A DNA stretch of 63,177 nucleotides, filler included, from Candidatus Nezhaarchaeota archaeon WYZ-LMO8 (GTDB taxonomy: Archaea; Thermoproteota; Methanomethylicia; Nezhaarchaeales; WYZ-LMO8): the NCBI GenBank assembly GCA_004347965.1. It is 4 parts of 4 records of this genome, joined end to end, with 100 filler letters (N's around TTAATTAATTAA, not from the genome) between each part and the next. Parts side by side here need not be neighbours in the genome. Positions count along the whole stretch, not along the records: positions 39,265 to 57,385 come from QNVF01000025.1; positions 57,486 to 63,177 come from QNVF01000053.1; 2 more parts are not named here. One strand, given 5' to 3'. Of this stretch, positions 53,591-61,299 are shown piece after piece. The notes under the pieces are model-generated. The model searched no databases, was not told the DNA's origin, and saw only the letters and a list, made by a program, of their open reading frames with translations. The translations under genes were made by a program, and so were the position numbers. Every line of letters starts with the position of its first letter. Within the stretch, counting starts at the first letter, position 1.

Positions 53591-55177
53591 ATGATACTAC
53601 TCGAAGTCCGGAGGGTAAGCAAAGAGTTCGATGGGGTAAAGGCACTTGATGGTGTATCATTTAATTTAAAGCTTGGAGAGAGTCTTGGAATTTTTGGTAA
53701 AAGCGGGGCGGGTAAATCGGTCTTAATGCACATGATTCGAGGGGTCAGAGGTTATGAGCCAACGGATGGTAAGGTCATATATCATGTAGCTATTTGTCCG
53801 CAATGTTTATGGATTGAGACACCCGACTTCGGTGGTAAGCCTTGTCCTTACTGCAACACCGTGATGGAGTACAGAGTCATCGACTTCTGGAGTGAGTCTG
53901 ATAGGAAGGTTGTTGAAGCTCTAAGGGCTCGAGTTGCTATAATGTTTCAAAGGACATTCGCACTTTACGGCAGCTTGACGCCGCTAGAGAACATCATGGA
54001 GGCTCTAAGGAGAGCTAGAGTTAAAGAGGACAAGGCCCTTAAGCTTGCCATAGACTACTTAAATCACGTTAACCTACTGCATAGGATGCTACACCCAGCT
54101 GAGATTCTAAGTGGAGGAGAAAAGCAGAGAGTCGTACTTGCAAGGCAAATAGCCGTGAACCCCATCTTACTGCTAGCTGATGAACCCACTGGTACGCTAG
54201 ATCCATACAACGCTGAGCTTGTAAGTAGGGTTTTGCTGAGAGAGTTTAAAGAGAAAAAGAAGTGCATGATAGTAGCCTCCCACATCCCGATAGTTCTACG
54301 TAGTCTCTGCGATAGAATAATATGGCTCAGCGAGGGGAAAGTTGTGATGGAGGGGAGTGCCGACGAGGTCTTCAATACTTTTCTTAAAGATCTTGGAGAG
54401 GTAACACTAGAAAAAGCTCCAATAGGAGGCGATGTGCTAAGGATAATAAACATAAGTAAGTACTACTACTCGCTCGATAGAGGACTTGTAAAGGCTGTAG
54501 ATAACGTTAACTTAACTGTTAAGGAACGAGAAATTCTGGGAATCGTTGGTAGGAGTGGAGCTGGAAAAACAACTTTATCACGAATCATATGTGGCATCAC
54601 AGAGCCTTCTAGTGGCAAGGTGGAAATAAGGATTGGGGATCGCTGGTACGACATCACAAAGCAAGGTTACGAAAGAGCTATAGCACTAAGCTACGTAGGT
54701 CTACTACATCAAGAGTACTCCCTCTACCCATATAGAACGGTTATAGAGAACTTAAGCTCAGCTATAGGGTTAGAGCTACCAGAGGAGCTAGCTAGGCTTA
54801 AAGCAGTTTACACGTTAAGGTCTGTAGGCCTGGAACCTAAAACTATAGATAAAATACTTAACAAGTATCCTGACGAGCTTAGTGAAGGTGAAAGGCATAG
54901 AGTTGCATTAGCACAAGTTCTGATTAAGGAACCTAGGATAGTGGTTCTTGATGAGCCCTCGGGAACCATGGATCCCATAACTAAAGTTGAAGTGGCAAAA
55001 TCCATATCGACGTCGAGATCACAGCTCGACGAGACATTTATAATAGTTTCACACGATGTTGACTTCGTCAAATTGACTTGTGACAGAATCGTATTAATGG
55101 AGAGCGGTAAGGTAGTAGATTACCTAGATCCCAAGAGAATATCATGGGAGGCACTTGCTGCCAGACTCAGCGAGTAA
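53591..55177 (+). CDS. atwA: Methyl-coenzyme M reductase system component A2
   Basis: GKSGAGKS.LMH..RG, CPQC...CPYC Zn insert, AIMFQRTFALY, LHQEYSLYP, ELSEGERHR; start moved to ATG 53591. Confidence 0.93.
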   Translation: MILLEVRRVSKEFDGVKALDGVSFNLKLGESLGIFGKSGAGKSVLMHMIRGVRGYEPTDGKVIYHVAICPQCLWIETPDFGGKPCPYCNTVMEYRVIDFWSESDRKVVEALRARVAIMFQRTFALYGSLTPLENIMEALRRARVKEDKALKLAIDYLNHVNLLHRMLHPAEILSGGEKQRVVLARQIAVNPILLLADEPTGTLDPYNAELVSRVLLREFKEKKKCMIVASHIPIVLRSLCDRIIWLSEGKVVMEGSADEVFNTFLKDLGEVTLEKAPIGGDVLRIINISKYYYSLDRGLVKAVDNVNLTVKEREILGIVGRSGAGKTTLSRIICGITEPSSGKVEIRIGDRWYDITKQGYERAIALSYVGLLHQEYSLYPYRTVIENLSSAIGLELPEELARLKAVYTLRSVGLEPKTIDKILNKYPDELSEGERHRVALAQVLIKEPRIVVLDEPSGTMDPITKVEVAKSISTSRSQLDETFIIVSHDVDFVKLTCDRIVLMESGKVVDYLDPKRISWEALAARLSE

Positions 55178-55185
55178 CTGAGTAC

Positions 55186-55599
55186 CTACACTAACCTCTT
55201 ACCAGCGTCAGGACCAGGCTTCACGGTATAGACCTCTTCAACTTTGATCATTACGGCAGCCTTAGTCTTAAGCGTAGGCCTAATGGATCTAACCCTAGAA
55301 GCAACTTCTTCAAACACTGGGCCAGACGTGTGTACTTGAACCCTGCCCTTAATTTGATAACCCTCCCTAGTCTCCGGATCCCAGAACGTAAGTGATGCTA
55401 CAGGATTTTCCTCAATATTAGCCCTAGTCTTGAGGAAGAAGTTATCAGCTATAACTACTTCCTCCTCACTCCAAGGCCATACAAATATTATCGGCACAGC
55501 ATTAGGCTTCCCATCTCTTGAGGAAGTTGCTAATACGCAGAGCGATTTAGGAGCAACTTTCTCTAGAAGTCTCACAACTTCAGATGGAAGCTTAGCCAT
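55186..55599 (-). CDS. Pyridoxamine 5'-phosphate oxidase-like split-barrel protein
   Basis: LATSS.DG.PN.VP, ADNFF.KT..NI.ENP, GYQIKG, PGP.AG. Confidence 0.85.
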   Translation of the reverse strand: MAKLPSEVVRLLEKVAPKSLCVLATSSRDGKPNAVPIIFVWPWSEEEVVIADNFFLKTRANIEENPVASLTFWDPETREGYQIKGRVQVHTSGPVFEEVASRVRSIRPTLKTKAAVMIKVEEVYTVKPGPDAGKRLV

Positions 55600-55659
55600 A
55601 TCTCTCTAAAAGTACTTCCAACAATGAAAGCAGTAAAAAGGTTGCGGACCATTGCTCTT

Positions 55660-55830
55660 TCAAAATTCGACCTCTAACTCCCTCTTTAGCAGCTCCACGT
55701 AGCTTTTGACGGTCTCTAAGACTCTTGCCACTTGAGTGAGACCCACTTCTTGAGAGGCTCTTATAGCTTCAGAAACTTTTTGATCAAGCTCTTCGATAAT
55801 ATTTGAAATTCTTCGTAAACCTTCCATCAT
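55660..55830 (-). CDS. Small helical hypothetical protein
   Basis: GAGGTG RBS before ATG; co-oriented between neighbours. Confidence 0.55.
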   Translation of the reverse strand: MMEGLRRISNIIEELDQKVSEAIRASQEVGLTQVARVLETVKSYVELLKRELEVEF

Positions 55831-55855
55831 AATCACCTCGCTAACCAATCTGCCA

Positions 55856-57166
55856 TCACTCCTTGACTATAACCCTCTTAGACTTCCCCTCAAACCTTGG
55901 CAATGAGCCTGGTTCAACAACTTCAATCTTAGGTTCTATAAACAAGTTATTCTTGAAATCGTTAAGTAATTTCTCCACAAGTAACGATGACTCGTAGACT
56001 TTAGGTACCTCGATCTTGACAACGAAATCGTAGGGCAGTTTCGTCTTATCTACTACAACTTGGTACTCTAGTACCTCCTTGTACCTCAATATCGTCTCCT
56101 GAATCATAGACGGCATGATCTTAATGCCCTTGAAGTGTATAACATCATCGACTCTAGCCCTAACTCTAAGGCATCTGGGGAACGCTATTCTGCCACACTC
56201 ACAAGGCTCATCATCTAGTATCGTTATGTCACCAAGCCTATATCTAATCAGTGGTGTAGCTTCTTTCACTAAGTGCGTGAAGACCATTTCGCCTTCTTCA
56301 CCAGGTTCTACGGGTTCACTGGTCTTCGGGTCAATGATTTCAAGGAGGAAATGGTCTATCCAGAAGTGGAAACCCTTCTCATAAATGCACTCCTGACCTG
56401 CACCGGGACCACAAAGCTCTGTCGCACCGTAAATGTCTCTAGCTCCTCCACCCTTAGCTTTAAGCCCTAACCACTCTTCGATTCTCCTTCTCATTTCTTC
56501 AGTCCACATTTCAGCTCCTGGTATTGTAATCCTCAAATTAAGGTCTCTCTCTACATCTATCCCCATCTCTTTAACTAAGCTGGCTATGTAGTATTGATAG
56601 CTTGGCGTCCCACTCATAACAGTAGCCTTAAAGTCTATTAAGCTCTTTATGAGGGCTTGAGTTCTTCCAGTACTCCAAGGTATGACAGTAGCACCTATAA
56701 GGAACGCACTTTCATGAAGTCCTAGCCCTCCTGTGAATAAGCCATAACCGTAGATGTTCATTATAATGTCACCAGGTTTAACTCCAGCTGTTACGTAACA
56801 CCTTGCCACTAAATTCATCCACGTATCATAATCTTGTCTCGTGTACCCACCTAGGATTGGAACTCCAGTGGTTCCAGAACTCATGTGCCAGCAAACCACT
56901 TCTTCCCTAGGTACACATAGGAACTCTCCACCATGAGGGTAACCGTGCTTCCTCAGGTCATCCTTGGTCGTAAAGGGAAACTTACGTACGTCTCCTAGGC
57001 TATTTATGTCAGAAGGATGCAATCCTAATTCTCTGAATTTACGTCCATAGAATGGGCTCTTCCAGTACACGTACTCAATCATGTGCTTTAATCTTTTCAA
57101 CTGCAACTTCTCAATGGCCTTTCTTGGAGCTGTCTCTATTTGAGTCTCCCAATATCTCACTTCCAT
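55856..57166 (-). CDS. Phenylacetate-CoA ligase / coenzyme F390 synthetase family adenylate-forming enzyme
   Basis: PFTTKDDLR, SSGTTG, YGLFTGGLG, GTPSY, YGATE, RYRLGD, GKSKRV. Confidence 0.9.
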   Translation of the reverse strand: MEVRYWETQIETAPRKAIEKLQLKRLKHMIEYVYWKSPFYGRKFRELGLHPSDINSLGDVRKFPFTTKDDLRKHGYPHGGEFLCVPREEVVCWHMSSGTTGVPILGGYTRQDYDTWMNLVARCYVTAGVKPGDIIMNIYGYGLFTGGLGLHESAFLIGATVIPWSTGRTQALIKSLIDFKATVMSGTPSYQYYIASLVKEMGIDVERDLNLRITIPGAEMWTEEMRRRIEEWLGLKAKGGGARDIYGATELCGPGAGQECIYEKGFHFWIDHFLLEIIDPKTSEPVEPGEEGEMVFTHLVKEATPLIRYRLGDITILDDEPCECGRIAFPRCLRVRARVDDVIHFKGIKIMPSMIQETILRYKEVLEYQVVVDKTKLPYDFVVKIEVPKVYESSLLVEKLLNDFKNNLFIEPKIEVVEPGSLPRFEGKSKRVIVKE

Positions 57167-57241
57167 TTACAGGAACACCTTCACCCCATTCTTGGGGAAC
57201 GAAGATAAAAGTCTCGTGGACAAAAAAGTTTAACCACTAAG

Positions 57242-57269
57242 CGTACTAAACAAACCGTACTAAGCAAAC
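57242..57269. repeat. 14-bp tandem direct repeat
   Basis: CGTACTAAACAAAC CGTACTAAGCAAAC (1 mismatch), upstream of tRNA-Leu. Confidence 0.55.
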
Positions 57270-57300
57270 TTGCATCATTCAAGCACTTGAGTAACACAAA

Positions 57301-57385
57301 GCGGGGGTGGCCGAGTCAGGTCAAAGGCGGCAGGTTCAGGACCTGCTGGCGTAGGCCTTCGTGGGTTCGAATCCCACCCCCCGCA
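57301..57385 (+). tRNA. tRNA-Leu(CAG)
   Basis: GCGGGGG/CCCCCGC acceptor stem, GCAGG-TTCAGGA-CCTGC anticodon arm, long variable arm, GTTCGAATC T loop, discriminator A. Confidence 0.96.
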
Positions 57386-57485
57386 NNNNNNNNNNNNNNN
57401 NNNNNNNNNNNNNNNNNNNNNNNNNNNNNTTAATTAATTAANNNNNNNNNNNNNNNNNNNNNNNNNNNNNNNNNNNNNNNNNNNN
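57386..57485. other. Artificial contig linker
   Basis: Same 44N-TTAATTAATTAA-44N pattern. Confidence 0.97.
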
Positions 57486-57508
57486 ATCAATGACATAGGT
57501 GTTTAAGC

Positions 57509-58108
57509 TTGTACTCTTCTAAGGATAGGAGGAAATTTGAAGAATACGCCTACATACTAGACTTCTTGCCTAGAGGTTATCCAAGGGAAACTCGTCCTCA
57601 GTTTATGAGCAAGCCGATAGCTCAAGCGATCGGTGAAGATTTCTTCATGCTACTCGAATTGATCCCCAAGCTCAATGTTAACCTAGCAATTGGAGAAAGG
57701 GTCTTTATAGGAAAGGGATTTAGAGAGAAGATAGATAGAATAACAAGATTATTAGGTTATGAAGATTTAACATCTTTTGCTAAGGATGAGCTTACTCGAA
57801 TAGTAGAGAAGATAGTGAAGGATCACGAGAATAGATTCGTGTCTTTCTTAAATAACGCTCCTCCATTAACCACGAAGATGCATTCCCTCGAGCTTCTACC
57901 TCGAATAGGGAAGAAGACCATGTGGATCATAATTAAAGAGAGGGAGAGAACTCCCTTCACAAGCTACGAAGACTTTGAGAAGAGAACGGGAGTGAGCAAC
58001 ATAGTTAAGATAATAACTGAGAGGATCTTAACTGAGCTGAAGGGCGGTGAGAGATACTACTTATTTGCAGTAGCACCAGTCTCTAAAGAGAGATCCATAG
58101 GGTCATGA
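57509..58108 (+). CDS. DUF655 family predicted RNA-binding protein
   Basis: EEYAY.LD.LP.G, AQAIGE..F.LLE, A.P.T..MH.LELLP.IGKK; upstream of ksgA as usual in archaea. Confidence 0.9.
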   Translation: MYSSKDRRKFEEYAYILDFLPRGYPRETRPQFMSKPIAQAIGEDFFMLLELIPKLNVNLAIGERVFIGKGFREKIDRITRLLGYEDLTSFAKDELTRIVEKIVKDHENRFVSFLNNAPPLTTKMHSLELLPRIGKKTMWIIIKERERTPFTSYEDFEKRTGVSNIVKIITERILTELKGGERYYLFAVAPVSKERSIGS

Positions 58109-58941
58109 ACTTGCGCGAAAGAACCCTAATGCTGATTAGGAAGTACTCCATAATGCCAAAGAGAGAGATGGGCCAATCATTTCTAGTTAATGAAAGAATT
58201 GCGAAGCGAATAGTTGAATTGTCAGAAGCTGATGGTCTCGTGGTCTTGGAGATCGGAGCGGGGCTTGGAGCTTTAACTGAAATTCTAGCTTCAAAGGCGA
58301 GACTCGTCTACGCTATTGAGGTTGACCCCTTACTAGTTAAGGTGCTACGAGAGGAAATCCTAAGAGACTATGATAATGTCGTATTGATTGAGGCTGACTT
58401 CCTAGAAATGACCCCTCCTCCAGTCGATGTCGTGGTCTCTAACGTACCTTACAGTATTGCCACGCCATTGCTCTTCAAACTAGCACGAGAGTGCTCCTTC
58501 GCGAAAGCCATTCTCACCCTACAAAAAGAGCTTGCTCTACGCATAACTTCAAAGCCAGGAAGCAGAAACTACGGCAGATTAACTGTCTCTTTAGATGCTT
58601 TCTTCAGCTCTCATCTGCTAATGATAGTTAGGAGAGAGCACTTCTACCCTCAACCGGAGGTCGATTCAGCTGTAATAAAGCTTGAAAGGCGAAAGCCACC
58701 CTACGAAGTTAAGGACTTAAACCTTCACTTAGAAGTTGTAAGGTCACTTTTCACTCAACGTAATAAGGTGCTAAGAAAGGCTTTACGAATGGCTATAGCC
58801 AAGCTCCTGCCCTTCCAGATCAACGATAAGGTTTGTGGAGATGAGAGGTTAGAGAAGTACATGAACCTGAGGGTTAAAGATTTAAGTCCATCAGACTTCG
58901 CCCACATAGCCAACGTCGTAAAGGAGTACGTAGTCGGTTAA
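58105..58941 (+). CDS. ksgA: 16S rRNA dimethyladenosine transferase
   Basis: GQSFL, LEIGAGLG.LT, SNVPY.I, QKE.A.R, YGRLT, F.P.P.VDS. Confidence 0.95.
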   Translation: MNLRERTLMLIRKYSIMPKREMGQSFLVNERIAKRIVELSEADGLVVLEIGAGLGALTEILASKARLVYAIEVDPLLVKVLREEILRDYDNVVLIEADFLEMTPPPVDVVVSNVPYSIATPLLFKLARECSFAKAILTLQKELALRITSKPGSRNYGRLTVSLDAFFSSHLLMIVRREHFYPQPEVDSAVIKLERRKPPYEVKDLNLHLEVVRSLFTQRNKVLRKALRMAIAKLLPFQINDKVCGDERLEKYMNLRVKDLSPSDFAHIANVVKEYVVG

Positions 58942-58951
58942 GGTGAGCTTC

Positions 58952-59557
58952 TTGAAGATGGCTCTTGACGACATGGTGATCTACGTTTGGAAGGGTGTTT
59001 ACCCACCCTCTGATGATACCTTCCTAGTGTTAGACAACTTGAAGCTAGATGGTGGTGAGCTTGTACTGGACATTGGAACTGGAACTGGAGTTCTAGCCAT
59101 AAAGTGTGCATTGATGGGCTGCTACGCGGTTGGAATCGACATAAATAGAGTAGCGATCAAAAATGCTCAATTCAATGCGAAGACGAATAACGTTGAGAGG
59201 TCAACGAGCTTCCTATGCTCTGATGCCACATCAGCATTAAGAGACAATTGTGAGTTTGATGTTGTGATAATGAATCCACCTTATCTGCCATCTACTGGCA
59301 TTCCAAGCATAGACGATCCTTCGTGGAACGGTGGTCTTAATGGTACCTCCTTAATCCAGAAAGTAGTTAAAGAGGTGCATAGAGTGCTAAGTAGGAACGG
59401 CAAGTTATACTTTGTAGTTTCTTCTCTCTCAAAGTATGATGACGTCTTCTCCTATCTTAGATCCATGAACCTCCAGCCGGTAATAGTAGCTGAGAAGAAG
59501 CTTTGGTTTGAGGAGCTATTCTTAGTAGAGGTGAGGAGATGCCTCACTTCAGGGTAG
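58952..59557 (+). CDS. HemK2/PrmC-like release-factor glutamine methyltransferase
   Basis: VYPPSDDTFL, LDIGTGTG, NPPYLP, W.GG..G, FEEL. Confidence 0.88.
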   Translation: MKMALDDMVIYVWKGVYPPSDDTFLVLDNLKLDGGELVLDIGTGTGVLAIKCALMGCYAVGIDINRVAIKNAQFNAKTNNVERSTSFLCSDATSALRDNCEFDVVIMNPPYLPSTGIPSIDDPSWNGGLNGTSLIQKVVKEVHRVLSRNGKLYFVVSSLSKYDDVFSYLRSMNLQPVIVAEKKLWFEELFLVEVRRCLTSG

Positions 59558-60252
59558 TCTTAGTTGAGCCACTTTACGAGGTTAATATAGGTCTTACATG
59601 CAGGGTGATGAAGAACTTCGGCCTCAAAGATTTATGTCTTGTTAGGCCTCGAACCTCTATCTCGGATATATCAAGGATATACGCTGTAAAAGCTTCAGAC
59701 ATTCTAGATTCGGCTGTTATAGTTGACAGCTTAGAAGAAGCAGTTAAAGGTTTTGACTTGAAAGTAGGTACTACTGGTAAGCTAGCTGGACCAAGGAACG
59801 TCATAAGAAGTGTCGTGCCACCTTGGCATCTACAAGAATTAGTGAGTTATGAGGGCAAGGTGGCCTTAATTTTTGGTCGTGAAGACATAGGGTTAACCAA
59901 TGAAGAGCTTTCGCTATGCGATATAGTTGTGCATATACCTACAAGCGATGAATATCCGATAATGAACGTTACTCACGCGATTACCGTAGTGCTATACGAG
60001 CTCTCAAAAATCATTCACGTGAAACGTAAGTTGAGACTTGCAAGTACAAAGTTGAAGGAAGTGGCTATTAAGTACTTCACAGAGGTATTAGATCTCGTAG
60101 AGTTTCCAAGAGAGAAGAGGTCAAAGGCTCAATTGGTTTTCAGGAGGGTTCTTGGCAAATCATTTATATCTCAAAAGGAGATGCACGTAATGCTGGCTTT
60201 CTTACGCAAAGTACACTTGAAGCTTGCCGAGCATGTTGTGAAGAAAAGCTAA
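59539..60252 (+). CDS. trmJ: TrmJ family tRNA 2'-O-methyltransferase (SPOUT)
   Basis: VVLVEP....NIG...R.MKNFG, FGRED.GLTNEEL, IPT...YP.MN. Confidence 0.9.
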   Translation: MPHFRVVLVEPLYEVNIGLTCRVMKNFGLKDLCLVRPRTSISDISRIYAVKASDILDSAVIVDSLEEAVKGFDLKVGTTGKLAGPRNVIRSVVPPWHLQELVSYEGKVALIFGREDIGLTNEELSLCDIVVHIPTSDEYPIMNVTHAITVVLYELSKIIHVKRKLRLASTKLKEVAIKYFTEVLDLVEFPREKRSKAQLVFRRVLGKSFISQKEMHVMLAFLRKVHLKLAEHVVKKS

Positions 60253-60289
60253 AAAGGCTTCCCCCATTTATAGGGGAGGTGCAAGAAGT

Positions 60290-60805
60290 ATGCCTCTAAG
60301 ACCAGCTCGCTGTTACAGGCTTGTTAGGGGACCAGCCTACACAAGAAGAGAATACGTGCATGGTGTTCCACCACCAAAGATTACGAAGTTCACCATGGGG
60401 AATACGAAGGCTGACCTTCCCTTAGTTGTACAGCTAATAGCTAAAGAGCCAGCACAGATAAGGCACAATGCGCTGGAAGCCATGAGGGTCGCTTGCAGCA
60501 AGTACTTATCTTCAAGTCTTGGTGAAAGTAACTACCTACTCAAGATACATCCCTATCCACATCACATTCTAAGAGAAAATAAGATGATGGCTTTTGCTGG
60601 TGCTGACAGGCTTCAGGATGGCATGCGCCTTGCATTTGGAGACCCCGTAGGCACAGCAGCTAGAGTAAAGGCTGGAGACGTGATCTTAACGATAAGGGTT
60701 CCATCAGATAAAGAGGTAGTAGCAAGAGAAGCTGCAAAAAGAGCTGCCTCAAAACTCCCTGTGCCATGTGAAATAAGGATTTTAAAGGAAGTTAACAAGA
60801 GTTGA
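60290..60805 (+). CDS. rpl10e: 50S ribosomal protein L10e (uL16)
   Basis: RPARCYR, YTRREY, RENKM...AGADRLQDGMR. Confidence 0.97.
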   Translation: MPLRPARCYRLVRGPAYTRREYVHGVPPPKITKFTMGNTKADLPLVVQLIAKEPAQIRHNALEAMRVACSKYLSSSLGESNYLLKIHPYPHHILRENKMMAFAGADRLQDGMRLAFGDPVGTAARVKAGDVILTIRVPSDKEVVAREAAKRAASKLPVPCEIRILKEVNKS

Positions 60806-60813
60806 AGTCTATC

Positions 60814-61056
60814 TTACCTTGGTACTACGTAAAAGCTGATGAACATCAACGCTAAAAGCCCAAAAATCATCATCATCCATACCAAGTTGAAGGTTTTACT
60901 CCTCTTCTCCCTCTTAATTAACTCCTCCTCGCATTGCCCCTCACATACTGGTGGATTCTTGTCTGGCGGAACAACTCCTCCACATATTACGCAGTGCTTA
61001 TGAGCTGGTAGACCCAGCCCCCCAACCTTCTTTTTCTTGGTAGACGTTTCAATCAC
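60814..61056 (-). CDS. DUF2116 family Zn-ribbon membrane protein
   Basis: HKHCVICG..VPPD....C...C plus C-terminal TM helix. Confidence 0.8.
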   Translation of the reverse strand: MIETSTKKKKVGGLGLPAHKHCVICGGVVPPDKNPPVCEGQCEEELIKREKRSKTFNLVWMMMIFGLLALMFISFYVVPR

Positions 61057-61299
61057 CTTGATATGTCTACTCGCTTAATGCTTAAGGTCCTAATTCTCAT
61101 ATAGTGAGAAGAAGGTCTCTACTTACTAAATATCCTTTTCCTTCTATAACGCTTAAGTCTTCTCTAATCAAACATGGCTTGAAGTTTAAATTCTCTTTTA
61201 AAGTTCCTAATAGCATGAGCTTTAAGTCATTTAAGGTCCGTCTAGAGTTTAACGATTTTGAAGTATAGCATTAAAACTTATGTGAAATTGGTGTGATGC

